A stretch of DNA of 64,000 bases from Chrysomallon squamiferum (GCA_012295275.1 CM022672.1:496001-560000); one strand, 5' to 3'; numbered from the stretch's first letter, positions 49,091 through 62,865 are shown. A program made the numbers and translations. Notes: generated by a model not told the origin, from the letters alone.

Positions 49091-49938
49091 ACGAACGTCA
49101 CAATTGAAAATTTTTAAAAAGCTTACTGTAGCAACATTTACTCTTGTTACTATTCGGTATTTTTCGTGGAAGTATCACATATTTAAAAATAACCTTATGT
49201 ATCGCTTAGTTTTAACAATAATTTACACATAATACTTGTAAATGTACAACCTATTAATATTAATATATTTATTTATTTACATGACTATATGTGCCTCTGT
49301 ATAAAGAGACATACATAAACACACATTCCTAACAAAGGTAGATCGTATATACATATAGTTCTAATGTTTGTTTCATAAAGGCACCGATAACAATCGAGGC
49401 TCCAGCACGCTATCAGAACATGACTTATGACAGACAGTGTCATGTCGTCTGAGTAACTATGATAACATGTTCTGTTGTTTAACAAACCCAACTGTTATGT
49501 CATAAATTGCGTAATTCATGAAGAATGATGACGATATTTTCATCACCAGCAAGTTAATGAAATGAAACGAGCACTGTGTTGAACGAGTTATAAACTGCGT
49601 AACACTCGTTGCGCAGGAACTCAGTGAATCTGGTGAAATGTCAGATTAGAAAATAAGTTTAAATTTAGCGGTTGTGTCAGTCGCAACCAAGACAGCAAGA
49701 CGTAGATAAACTTTCCCGTCTTAGGTCATCGTCTGACTAGGTGTTGGAGCCTTTAATGAAATGGAAACAGTTCTCCAAAACAGTGAGAATATCAGGTGAT
49801 AAATTAAACATTCTCTGCAGCACGTGCCGTGTGAGAATCAATCACGATGTGTTCTTCAGTTGGCGAAAGGCGGGAAACGTTAGTGAAATGCGTACGTCGT
49901 TGGTACTGACGTCTTCTCTGAAAAGTAAAAATATCACT

Positions 49939-51540
49939 TTATATGGAGACTTGAAGTCGCGGTGGGGATAGGCTGTGCTCCATTCGTGCCGACTGGGGAC
50001 TGTGCTCTCTACGTGACGAATATGGACTATGTTCCATACGTGTCGCGTGGGGAATATGTTCCGTATGTGACCTGTGAGGACTATGGTCCATACGTGTCGC
50101 GTGGGGAATATGTTCCGTATGTGACCTGTGAGGACTATGGTCCATACGTGATGAATGTGATCTGTGCTCAGTACGTGAAGAATGCTGACTGTGCCCTAAG
50201 CGTGAAGGAAGAGGACTGTGCTCCAGACGTACCGGAAGAGGACTGTGCTCCATAAGTGACGGGAGGGGGCTGTGGTCTCTCACAGAGGAGGAAGGGGTGC
50301 GGGGGATGTTAGAAACGTCAGTGCGGCTTACCTGAGAACTGCGCCGCCTGTTGCTGAACCGGAAGTAACCACGCAGCCGATCCTTAGTTTCTGAAGACAT
50401 ACGCCATGAAGCAAACAGAATAGGATTAGTGCAGGTGGACAGGAAGCCGAACCAGGCGAACGTGATGTAGGTAATGTCGTAATGGTCCTGATTTCTTTCC
50501 GTTTCGTAGATAAAGTAGTGCACCAGGATGAGAATCTGGAGCGGACACCAGCACATGGCGAACAGCGTTGTCATGGAGATAAGATAGTTCTGAGTTCTTT
50601 TTTCTTTCACCAGGTCGAGGTCGTCGTCGTACTCCTGCGAGTTGTGTTCGTACGACTTCAGTTGTGGGATGACGCTGCTGGACGCAGACGTCGTTTCGTT
50701 TTCGTTTCTCGGAGTCTGCGCACCATTAGCGCTGGACCACGTGGTCGATGATTGGTAGGAAAATATCTCCGGCATGCTGGGCATGCCCTCGCCGGTGTTT
50801 GAGGCAAAGTGCACAGAAATGTTAGCGGACTCTCTAGACTTTATCTCCGCCGAGACGCGCACGTAAAGGAAAGCTATCACAGCTAAAGGCATGGCGTACA
50901 TGGTGACGAAAATAGCCCGGATGTATTCCTCAATCTTCTTGACTAGAAAAACGTAACAGATCCCGGCTCCTTCAAAATGCTCCCCCAGAGACGCTCCCAG
51001 GTCGATGTATTTGATGTACACTGCAAAAGGCAACACGACACACACAGCAACCACCCACACGGCTATGGTACACAGACCCGCGGGCAGCCTCGATTTGAAT
51101 GGATGAACGATAAGTCTGTACCTGTCTATAGCCATCATGAGGAACGTCATCATGGAGGCGTACATGGGAAAACATTGCAACATGGGAAGGAAGAAACACA
51201 GAAAGCTGCCGAACAACCAGTTCTGAATGAGGAGGTTTGCGAGGGTTATCGGCAGCACAAAGACACACTTGATGAGATCGGAAAAGGCGAGATTTCCCAG
51301 AAGGAAGAACGTCTGGTCGTGGTACAGTCTGCGCTTGCCCAGCACGATTATCATCGCAATATTACCCACAATTCCAACAATTCCTACAGCAGCATGTAGA
51401 AAGACGAACAAAGGGTACACGTAGCGTAGTGAACGACGTATGTACGGCTGAGTGAAGTCCACGCTGTTTGAGTTGTTGTTGCTGCTCAGCCAGTCTAAAA
51501 TAAGGTCTATGTAGTTGTTTTTCGATTCGGCTAGAGACAT
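49939..51540 (-). CDS. Class A (rhodopsin-like) GPCR, neuropeptide-receptor-like (NPY/sNPF/PrRP/orexin-type), intronless CDS, 533 aa
   Basis: Seven hydrophobic segments with GN (TM1), LAFSD (TM2), W-LFGSFLC..Q (ECL1/TM3), DRY, TM4 W, ECL2 Cys, CWCP (TM6) and NPILF (TM7). N-glycosylation sequon near the N-terminus. Confidence 0.93.
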   Translation of the reverse strand: MSLAESKNNYIDLILDWLSSNNNSNSVDFTQPYIRRSLRYVYPLFVFLHAAVGIVGIVGNIAMIIVLGKRRLYHDQTFFLLGNLAFSDLIKCVFVLPITLANLLIQNWLFGSFLCFFLPMLQCFPMYASMMTFLMMAIDRYRLIVHPFKSRLPAGLCTIAVWVVAVCVVLPFAVYIKYIDLGASLGEHFEGAGICYVFLVKKIEEYIRAIFVTMYAMPLAVIAFLYVRVSAEIKSRESANISVHFASNTGEGMPSMPEIFSYQSSTTWSSANGAQTPRNENETTSASSSVIPQLKSYEHNSQEYDDDLDLVKEKRTQNYLISMTTLFAMCWCPLQILILVHYFIYETERNQDHYDITYITFAWFGFLSTCTNPILFASWRMSSETKDRLRGYFRFSNRRRSSQVSRTDVSNIPRTPSSSVRDHSPLPSLMEHSPLPVRLEHSPLPSRLGHSQHSSRTEHRSHSSRMDHSPHRSHTEHIPHATRMDHSPHRSHTEHIPHATRMEHSPYSSRREHSPQSARMEHSLSPPRLQVSI

Positions 51541-53374
51541 GATTCAGTGGAGATAATTTGTTTTACGCAAATCAATGGTAACTTTGTAAATTCACTTAGT
51601 CGATGAGTAATTTGATTCACCTCTTCATGCCAAACGAATATACAGATAATTGACAGCGTTAAACAATGAATCCACAAAGTTGCACCTTGTCAAAAATACA
51701 GTATCCGCTCTTGTAGTACAGTCTCAGAAATACAGTAACTTCACTTCTGAATATATAGTTAGTGACACAAGTATCATGTATTTACTCACCATTACAAACT
51801 ATCCACACTAGAATCTTTCATTCATGCGCTACGATTGAAAAATTCCACGACTCTGGTGTATTTCACTGAGATTGAAAGAACGGTTATTGATTTAAGCCTA
51901 CACAGAGTGAGAGAACAAGAAACATCAAGTGTTTATGTTTCAAATTACTCGTTGTTCACACGTTTCAGCAACTTCAAAGAATCAAGACAGTTTCACAGAA
52001 ATAAGAGATTTTTTTTTTGTTCTTTTTGTTTGTTTGTTGTTGTTTGTTTTTTATATATATAAACAAGAAGCGATTTTCAAAAAAAATGCCGTGTGAATTA
52101 CTTTGGAATAAAACAGTTTACAATCCTCTCTCCTGATATTGAAAACAGAATATTCTAATTACTGGATTTTTGAACGATGTTGCTTAAGTTCTGTTTCCAG
52201 TATTTTTAGTAGGCAGAGAAAAAAGAAAATGATGCATAATGTTCAACTGTTCCATGTCTTTTAACTCCAAGTAACCAAAGGAAAACTTTGTTTTTCTTTG
52301 TCTTTGCAGATTAATAAGATTTTCTGGTATTTAATTCTGCTTCCTAAACATTTACTACAAAGTATCTGCTTTCTCATATCCAGCAAAGCTGTCAGATAAT
52401 TCTCAGTTTTGAGACACGTCAAATATGATGTCTTGTTACTTTTTTATTTTCTCTGACCATGTTTGACGAATTCCACACTTCTAGAGTCAGAATCAACGTC
52501 GACGACTCATGTTCCCATGACAATCATCACTACTACTCCACGTTAGTATTCCTGCATTAGTATCCTTGTCGCTATTCACGTATTAACAGTCCTCGTCCTC
52601 AGCAGAAACACTTAACAAATACTAACGGATTCTGCACCCTGGAAAGAAAATGGAAAGATGAGTCATAACGCGCTTCTGAATTATAAATGGTAATCTCCCG
52701 TGATCAAATAAAGGTCCTGATCACGCGTCCACTCGAGTGGCCGAGGTTTGCTGGACCACCACTGTCACGTTAGTGATACCAGAAAAATTAATTATTACCG
52801 AAACGTTGGGAAGAAATGTCGTTGTGTGTAATCACTCCGTGGGGAAAACTAGCAAGTCAAACTATTGATTATTTCACTTTTTTGTTTCTAAAGACCGCCC
52901 CAGTGAAGATTTACCCGGCTATCGTTTGAGAATGTCCGGTCAATTTATTTTTATTTTTATTTTTTTTTTTTTTATAAAAACATTTATAAAAAAAAAAAAA
53001 AAAAAAAATATATCTATCTATCTTGTTAGTAGTCTGTGAAATCTTGACATATCGCGTACAAATACATGTTAGTGGTTTTATAGCCGCGTCACCACTTTCT
53101 GAACAGGTATCGATCCGCACTCGATAATCTGTAACTTCTTGGGGAAAAAAAGGCGAAGGCGCGCGCGCCTTCCATCATTCACAAATGATTTGTGACAATT
53201 ATATCAAGTGTGATTTGTGGAATCCCACGACTTGCTGCAAACTGCGAGATTAATTAATTAATTAATGTACATAAAATGAAGGATGCTGCGTTACAAGTGT
53301 TCAACCTGCAGTTACAGTACGATGTAATCACGGGAAGCAAACAACCTGCTTAAACACAGACTGTCAGCTGACGT

Positions 53375-53632
53375 AACAATCTCACGTTTATCAAAACACT
53401 CACAAAAAGCTTTTAACAATCTCACGTTTATCAAAACGCTCACACAAAACTTTTAATAATCTCACGTTTATCAAAACATTCACACTAAACGTTTAACAAT
53501 TTCACGTTTATCAACACATTCACACTAAACGTTTAACAATCTCACGTTTATCAACACATTCACACTAAACGTTTAACAATCTCACGTTTATCAACACATC
53601 AACACAAAACTTTTAACGTCACGTTTATCAAC
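53375..53632. repeat. 40-bp minisatellite, ~6.5 copies
   Basis: Unit AACAATCTCACGTTTATCAACACATTCACACTAAACGTTT. Confidence 0.92.
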
Positions 53633-54670
53633 AGATAATTATAAAACTTCAAATCTAGGTAACTGTGTGTCATTGGCAGCATGTTTTCACCCGTCGTGTG
53701 TCATGGACGCGTCTTCAGATATCCCCAGAAAACGATATTGAAAATAGTTATAAATACTGAAAAATTATATTTAATCTGATTTATAATTTTTGTCTCGTTT
53801 CCAGTCTAACTTTCATTTTTAGTTTGAGTTAGAATGGTGTACATTCTACTTTGGTCTCGTTTTCTGTTTGAGTTTTAATTTGTCTTTATTTAAGTTTGAG
53901 TTATAATGTTTCTTTTTTTCGGTTGAGTTATAATTTTAATTGATTTTAGATTAGTTAATATTCCTGTCTCAGTTTTTACTGCCTAGAACATTTTTCACAA
54001 TTAGTTACACTTTTAACGTCTTTCTCACAAGTTCTTTTAAAAAAAAAAATTTTTGCAGTGACTGGTGATAAAGATCAACTCTGAGCGAAAACGTCAGCGA
54101 CAGCGTCTAATTGTCTTAAGCGTCCTCGTTATTGTCGCGACAGTGGACATCGACAAACGCTGAAATGAATTATGTTATTTTTAGACAAGTATCGCGCCGA
54201 TGTCCGTCTGTCAACTGGTTTCAATGATCATGTAATTTATTTTGCAAATGTCATTTAGAAAGCGGCTAGTTTCGCTGAAACGTGTTGTCAAGCCTCGGGC
54301 TTCACAATCTGCACGAGGAGCGAAGCTGTCGAGAGATCTGCCAACATTTGACAATGACGTCATTTTTGTCTTGAGAAAAAATGAAGAAATAAAGTGGAAA
54401 AAAACAACAACCCCCCCCAAAAAAAAACCAAAAACGTTTTGGGTGGTGCAGATCTTATTTACAAATAGCAATACCATTATCTTCAATTTGCAGGTTTACG
54501 ACGTCTCCATTGTGCTGTTTCAACGAGACCAGTTGCCCGCAGACTGAAATCTTACAACGTGATGAGTGTGTCCACAAGCATTTTTTTCAATTACTGCTTA
54601 AAGTGAGTGAATCATCATGTTTTTTTTTTAAAGTTGTATTAGACACACACAGACTGAAAGAATGAAAGAG

Positions 54671-54711
<41 letters not shown>

Positions 54712-56529
54712 TTGGTTAAAAACGATAAAAAAAAGGTCTACGCAGACTGCAGTCAGTAAACACGACAGACGTACTCAGTGACAGATTTCTGTTACCAACA
54801 CGTTACTGTTGTTTTTTTCTCGTCTAAAAACAGGCGAGAAAAACACTTGAACCGCTCTGAAGATGAAGAAACTCTTTAAATTATTTGCAATTACAAACGT
54901 CTACAGTCTAAAACACGCCATTTGCATTAGTACGCATCAATGCGATAACGTTAATAACAGTTACGGCTGTTCCGCAATTTTTCTGCATCGCAGCCAAAGT
55001 GTCAGGGTTTGTATTGGTAATTTATCAAATACACACAAATATTACAAGTTTTTCCTCTCTCATATTTAGCTCAATAAACAGAGCTATTTCTGTTGTAGCT
55101 TCTTCATCGATTTTTACCCTTTTATTTCGTCGTATCAGAAAATCTCATCTAGGAGTCAGGACTAACAAACAGAGAAACAAGGACTGAATCAAAAACAAAT
55201 AAATAAACTGAAGAAAAATATCACACAGAAATGTACGTGATAGACACACACACTCACACGCAACAAATTCAGCATACGTACAAACACAACACCCCTTCTT
55301 GTAATAAACACCCACACAAACATAGCCTGAGCCTAAAACTGAAACACCTGCCGCTCAGTAATAACAATTATATACCAGAAATCTAAATAAATAAATAAAT
55401 CAATAAATAAGGATAATTAGCAGTAATTGTATAAAACATCAGTAATGTAATAAACAGAACGGAATTAGTGAAAAAAGAAATGAAATACACAAAAATAATA
55501 ACGACAAAAGCTAACTGATAAAAAGAACCTAAAATAAAAACGAAAAAGTAATAGAAAATGGAAACAAAAGCAAAAGAAAAGAGTAAAAATGCAAACAACC
55601 ACTGGTAAAATCAAAGTGACTAAATTATGAAACTGTCGAGTGAGATAACTGAGAAATGATTAAAATCTGTTTTTTTATTTCACTTGTTAGGAATCTGACA
55701 AAAACAGTTTCTGATATTTCTGATATTCTGTTTTCATCATCGCCATTAAGTCTGATGTTATAAATATTTCTCGAGCGCTATATGGCGATGATATTTATGA
55801 AAGAAAAATATTTAATTTGTATTTAATACGTTATATTTTTCTTATTCCTGAGATTTAAATACATTTTTTACACAAAGTGAATGACAGTACATTTATTATC
55901 ATACATTAGGTATATATATATATATATATATGTAAGTATGTATGTATATATGTATGTATGAAAGTATGTATCTATATTTGTATGTGTGTGTGTGTGTAAA
56001 TATATATATGTATGTATGTATAATTTATAATATATATATACACATATACATATTTATATATATATATTATACATTACATACATACCTATATATATACACA
56101 TACACACACATTCATACATACATACATTCATACATACATATACATATATATATATATTAACTGTCAGGACATTTAGCATCCGGATTACAAAATTCCATTA
56201 TTAATTCAACGAATTGCAAGTACAATTAACATACAAGAATCGTTTTCTTTTATCAGTTTTCTTTGATCAATAATGAAAACACTGGGTGTGTAATTTAAAT
56301 GCAATCATAGTAAAATTTTATAATCTAGACCTACTGAAATTTTGTTCAAATTACAACATCAAATTCACATTAATTGCAGGCGTAAGAAAATTTTATAATG
56401 TAGACCTACTCAAGTTTGTTCACCTTCAAATATGAAACAATAACACAATTATTACGCATTCATTGAAAAAACTTTAACTATAATTTTAAAAAATCATGGT
56501 TAGGTTGTACTTGTGTACGTGGTGACTGT

Positions 56530-57345
56530 ACGGGGTAGTTGTCTAGGGGGTAGTTGTTTAGGGGGTAGTTTTCTAGAGGTATTTGTCTAGGGGGTAGTTG
56601 TTTAGGGAGTGTTTGGTGGTAGCTGATTAGGGTCTTTGAACGGGTGTAATTGTCTAGGAGGTATTTGTCTAGAGGTTGCCTGGAAGTAGTTGTCTAGAAG
56701 TACTTGCATAGAGGTAGTTGTCTAGAAGTACTTGCATAGAGGTAGTTGTCTAGAGGTACTTGTTTAGAGGTATTTGCCTGGGGGTAGTTGTCTAGAGGTA
56801 CTTGTCTAGGGGTAATTATCTAGAGGTAGTTGTCTAGGGGTAATTATCTAGAGGTAGTTGTCTAGGGGTACTTGACGGGTAGTTGTCTAGGGGAAGCTGT
56901 CTAGGGGTACTTGTCTAGAGGTATTTGTCTAGAGGTACTTGTCTAGGGGTACTTGTCTAGGGGTACTTGTCTAGGGGTAGCTGACTAGGGTCTCAGAACG
57001 GGTTTAACTGTCTAGGAGGTATTTGTCTAGGGAGTACTTGTCTAGAGGTATTTGTGTAGGGATAGTTGTCTAGAGGTATATGTCTAGGGGGTAGTTGTCT
57101 AGATTTATATGTCTAGAGGTACTTGTCTAGGGGTAGTTGTCTAGGGGATACTTGACTGGGATTAGCTGACTAGGGTCTTCGAACGGGTGTAACTGTCTAG
57201 AAGGTATTTGTCTAGAGGTATTTGTGTAGGGGTAGTTTTGTCTAGAGGCATATGTCTAGGGGGTACTTGTCTAGAGGTATTTGTCTGGGGGTAGCTGACC
57301 AGGTCGTTGAAGGGGTGTGACTGTCAATGAGGTTTTTGTCCTAGA
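56530..57345. repeat. 14/15-bp G-rich satellite with higher-order insert
   Basis: GTCTAG(A/G)GGTA(G/C/T)TT monomers; AGCTGACTAGGGTC..GAACGGGTGTAACT recurs four times. Confidence 0.92.
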
Positions 57346-59317
57346 AGCTAGTACATGAATTAATCATCTTTCCGTATCTCACTGTCACTCTGTCATTTTA
57401 TCTTTCTGTCACATAACTGTGTTTGAACTACAAGAACTTATCACATTAAAAGACAATTTCTTTTTTCTTTACGAAAAAATCAGCAAACATTTAGTAGGCG
57501 TGAATATCAAATAACCTTTCAAAGATCAGATTTGCTTCCAAGAAAACAAATTAAAAAACAAAACAAAAATAAAATGAAAAAATAACCAATATATTAGTAA
57601 TTTTGTTTTGTTCAATATACCAAATTTCCTGGGTTCATGGTTTTGAATATCAGATCTGAACAATTTAATCAGTCCTGATGTTCTCTAAAAGTAGGATTCA
57701 ATTTATAAAAAACAAGATTTAAAACACGAGTTTAACATGTACAGTGTGATATGTGAACTGTAACAGAACACTTTTCACGTTAGTTTATTGAATATTCTGG
57801 TTCAACTCCTGTCTATGGATGGGAGGAAACTTTTATATGTAAAATGTTATCTGCTTATTAAAATGAGTATTTTTTTTATTAAATTGTTCTCACTAAGCAC
57901 ACATGGCACTGTGGTTGGAACGAGATATTGTGTACTTTGTAGGATCTAGTATGATGTAATTAGGTCACTGAAAATAGATTTTATTTCCTGTTTTAAAATA
58001 GAAAATAATACATTAATAATAAAATTAATAATATTACAAATAAAGAAAAATGATATAAAAAAAGGAAAAAGAGTAATAATGATAAAATATAAAAAATATA
58101 AAATTTATTATAATAAAATCTTTTCTATGTGTGTTATTAACGTATTTAACTATTTTTAAATCCGTTCAGCTGAAAATAGTTTAAATCAATAAATTTCTTT
58201 GTCGTTACGTTTCTCTCTGACATTGTCTTTCTTCTCTGAGCCAAACCTAATTTCGATGGAAATGAATTAAAATAATTATCTGCATTATCCAAGAAAAACA
58301 ACAACATTAAAACAGCAATAAGAGAAAAAAGTTTAATAATAGACATGATAAAAAGTAAAAGTAAGTAAGGGAGACGATTACTTGGAGTAGATCAATAAGT
58401 TATTTTCTAAACAAGAGATTTGTTAAAAAGAAACAGTAAAACAATGACAGCAATAAACGTACTGTTAAAAGTATAACGCAGGTCAAGGTAATAACTTTTT
58501 ACTACTTTGTGTCACAGAAGAAAAAGAAAATGAAGAAAGAAACAGAATGATGATAATCATTATAAAAACAAAAAAGAAATGAAGAAGAAAAATAAGTTTA
58601 CGAAAAAAAAAATAAGGATAGTAAACAAGAACCTCAGAAATAATTTAATTATAATGATGTTGAGATGACTATGTAACGATGATGACGAAGGTGATGACGG
58701 TAATAATAATAATAATGTAAAGAAGAAGTACAGCGTTCAAAATAATATTTTATATATGTAACTTTGAAAGAACATATTTGTATACAGTAAGAAATTACTC
58801 TTCAGCAACAACTACACAACGTTGTCGCTCACGATGTCGTGACTGTCAACTGAAGAAGACGCAGTGAAGCCATGTTTGTAGATATAAACACTTAATCAAT
58901 AGCTACGACAGTGACAGCGTGTTCATATACATTAAAACTCTCATTTAATGTGTCATTATTACGGTGGGTTCTACACGATACTGTGTTTAAATAGCTGCAA
59001 AACGCATTAGTGAGCTGTAGTGACTTTATTAGGCGAGTTGTTCTTTCTTGCCGCCTCTAATTATTACTTTTGTACAGCACAATTATATTATTTAGACACG
59101 ATCAATAAGACTTACAAAACCACTTTGCAATTTGCGGATGCAGAATCAGATAGAAATATTCTCCTTATTGCCAGACACAAAACACGATTCGAAAATACTC
59201 CACAAACATCATGCTAATTACGATATTTTCACCGTAAGACGAAATTGAACAATTTGATTATTAAAGGCATTATATCTGAACTTTTCTTTAAGAAAGAGAT
59301 ATGTACACGTTTACAAA

Positions 59318-59352
<35 letters not shown>

Positions 59353-59624
59353 GCATGTGATATATATATGATGTATATACATATTTATAAATACCACAGA
59401 AATGAATACTAAAACAAACCCAAAAAACCATGTTACTTTAATTCATTTGTATTCTTCGTTTTTTCTATATATTTTTTGTAAATACCTAACAAAGAGCATC
59501 TCTCTCCAACTTATAAGAGAAATCACTTTACTTTATGCTTATGCTATGTAAAGAAAAAGTGCCAAAGAAAAATGGTTCATTGGTGTTATTATCGCATTAT
59601 ATTTTGCTTATTTTGAATTCATAT

Positions 59625-59900
59625 CCTATTTTGATCTGATTATACTAGTAGTCATGTAATTTATTTATTACAATAGCAGTAACGTCGTATTTTATTCTAG
59701 TTACACTGGTAGTGACGTTGTTTCCGTTTGGCGCAACATATAGTCGTATTTTAATCTGATTACACTAGTAGTCACGTCGTATTTTAATCTGATTACACTA
59801 GTAGTCACGTTGTAGTTTATTCTGATTACTCTGGTAGTACCGTCGTATTTTATTCTGACTACACTAGCAGTCACTTCGTAATTTTAATCTGATCAAATTA
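59625..59900. repeat. 33-bp minisatellite with an orphan copy at ~60220-60255
   Basis: Unit TCGTATTTTAATCTGATTACACTAGTAGTCACG. Confidence 0.85.
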
Positions 59901-61212
59901 GCAGTAGAAGCATCATGTTTTCACCATTTGTCTTAAATATTCTACAAACAGTAATAAATGTATAATAAATAACTGACAGTACAATATAAATAATAATTAT
60001 AAATATACAGTAAAAAAAATTTTTTTTTAAATAATAATAATAAAATACTGAGAATTATTGTCATAGCGTCTACAGGCAGCTTACCTCTGCTTTTCATCCA
60101 TCCAAAACAACTAAACTGGGAAGGAGAAACGACCCATTAACTGACATGTTGGTCCTAATTAGTTTGTTACCCACGAAACGACGCACATGTGGAGACTTGC
60201 AGCGATGACCCTGTGTTTTAGTAGTCAGATCGTATTTTATTCTGATTACACTGGAAGGCATGCCGTACTGCTGGCAGGTGCATATTTGTCATGATATTTA
60301 ATATCGATGCCTATAATCAGAATGGATTATCTGTCAAACGTACAGTTATTTATTATATGGACATCTGACAACGCACGCGATCCCTACATGCCAAGAACCT
60401 CCACAACAATCGGAAGTAGTTTGATGTATTTGGAAGACAGCTACATCTGATGGGCAAGCGACATTTCTGTTTTTCGTTTAGCACAACGGATAGTGTGTCT
60501 CTTCCATCACTGAACGATAAGTGAAGCACAAACAACAATTACAGCTATAACTATTACTGTTTTGCAGCAGCAGCAACAACAACAACGTCAGCAACTGAGG
60601 CAGAGGTATTATTGGTAGTAATAAAAAGTGCAGTAAACAATAATAACATTACCATAACTGTATGAAAACAATGTCCGTTCTTATAGCGTTTTCAATCGGC
60701 ATTAAGCGGGTAACTGTGGTTTTTGAGGTAGACTAAATCCATTAATACTTATTTTTATTTTATTTTTAAATAACGTTTTCGTAACGTAACATTTGGAAAT
60801 GGTGCACTTTCTTTGGCATGGACACATAAACATACGATCCGAATTCTGAGTTATTGACGTGTTTTGTCGTAAATCTGTCCAATTAATAGCGAACACCAAT
60901 TATTTTTGTCTTAACACTGAATTAATCATTGTAAACTTGTGACATAACAAGGTATCGATTTGTACGTAATTACGTTAGTTTAATACTATAGAAAGACGAC
61001 TTATTTTGAAAACAACAGGATTATTTAATTACGTAAGTAAGTATATAAATAGAAAAACAGAAAAAAATTATATGTTTCATAAGATTTTTCAAGATATTAT
61101 TGTTTTGTAATAATAATAATGATGATAATGATAATAATAATATCAACAACAATAATAATGACATAATAATAATAATAATAATAATAACAACAACAACAGT
61201 AATAATGACAAC

Positions 61213-61243
<31 letters not shown>

Positions 61244-61724
61244 GCATTAATAATAAGAACAACAATAATAATAATAATGTTGATATGTTGAATACAGTAC
61301 TAAAGCTGTGATGAAATAATGTTTGAGGATTTTAAATTAGATTTTATCAGTCCCTCATGACTACTGCTACATAGAATTTCTTGTAAGTTCATCTCGGAAA
61401 AGAATCATCAAGGAGTAAAATCAGTGCTAACTGTTGTAAGTCGTTTTCAGCAACTAGTTTACACATAAAATAAAGATTCGTTCACTTTATTGATTATTTA
61501 CTTAATTATCTTGAAACCAACATGGCTCGAGTTTTTTTCGTATCAAACTGATAAATGACAGCAAGAAACTTATCTCTAAATCGGTTTTTCAAATTTCTAC
61601 GTTATCTGCTAAACTATCATAGCACATCAAAATGAAATAACATTAACATACAGACAGCCATCTTTGAAAAACAATTTATCTCAACTGTGTTTACAGAAAG
61701 ATGCCACGTCTTGGAAAAAATATA

Positions 61725-62212
61725 TTTGTATCAATGTCAGACAAATAAACTTTTGCCTCGAGTAATCTATCTGCATCATTGTGACATATAAACTATTACC
61801 TCGAGTAATCTATCTGCATCACTGTCAGCCATATAAATTATCACCTCGAGTAATCTATTTGTATCACTGTCAGACATATAAACTATTACCTCGAGTAATC
61901 TATTTGCATCATTGTCAGACATATAAACTATTACCTCGAGTAATCTATTTGCATCACTGTCAGACATATAAACTATTACCTCGAGTAATCTATTTGCATC
62001 ACTGTCAGACATATAAACTATTACCTCGAGTAATCTATTTGCATCATTGTCAGACATATAAATTATTACCTCGAGTCATCTGTTTGTATTAGTGTCAGAC
62101 ATTTAAACTATTACCTCGAGTAATTTATTTGTATCTGTGTCAGACATTTAAACTATTACCTTGAGTAATCTATTTGCATCACTGTCAGACATATAAACTA
62201 TTACCTCGAATA
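61725..62212. repeat. 45-bp minisatellite, ~10.5 copies
   Basis: Unit CCTCGAGTAATCTATTTGCATCACTGTCAGACATATAAACTATTA. Confidence 0.95.
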
Positions 62213-62224
62213 ATCATTATTTCT

Positions 62225-62842
62225 TATTAATATCAGTTGTATTAACTCATCGGTGGTTAACAATGTTAGCTGTATAACATTATCTGTTATTAATAGCAGT
62301 TGTATTACGTCATTAGTAGTTAACAAAATTAGCTTATAACATTATCTGTTATTAATAGCAGTTGTATTACGTCATCAGTAGTTAACAAAATTAGCTGTAT
62401 AATATTATCTGTTATTAATAGCAGTTGTATTACGTCATTAGTAGTTAACAAAATTAGCTGTATAACATTATCTGTTATTAATAGCAGTTGTATTACGTCA
62501 TTAGTAGTTAACAAAATTAGCTGTATAACATTATTCGTTATTAATAGCCGTTGTATTACGTCATCAGTAGTTAACAAAATTAGCTGTATAACATTATCTG
62601 TTATTAATAGCAGCTGTATTACGTCATCAGTAGTTAACAAAATTAGCTGTATAACATTATTCGTTATTAATAGCCGTTGTATTACGTCATCAGTAGTTAA
62701 CAAAATTAGCCGTATAACATTATTCGTTATTAATAGCCGTTGTATTACGTCATCAGTAGTTAACAAAATTAGCTGTATAACATTATGTGTTATTAATAGC
62801 AGCTATATTACGTCATCAGTAGTTAACAATTAGCTGTATAAC
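62225..62842. repeat. 63-bp minisatellite, ~9.5 copies
   Basis: Unit GTTAACAAAATTAGCTGTATAACATTATCTGTTATTAATAGCAGTTGTATTACGTCATCAGTA. Confidence 0.95.
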
Positions 62843-62865
62843 AACAACAACAACAACAACAACAA

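Noticed and set aside
54211-54547. 101-aa and 91-aa ORFs in a CpG-rich patch
   Set aside because: No recognisable domain, and no phase-consistent partner exons were found; more likely regulatory DNA.
61776-62766. Repetitive ORFs (MSDNDANRLLEVIVY)n and (LLTTDDVIQ...)n
   Set aside because: Unit lengths of 45 and 63 bp are multiples of three, so frames stay open by chance. There is no non-repeat coding sequence or splice context.
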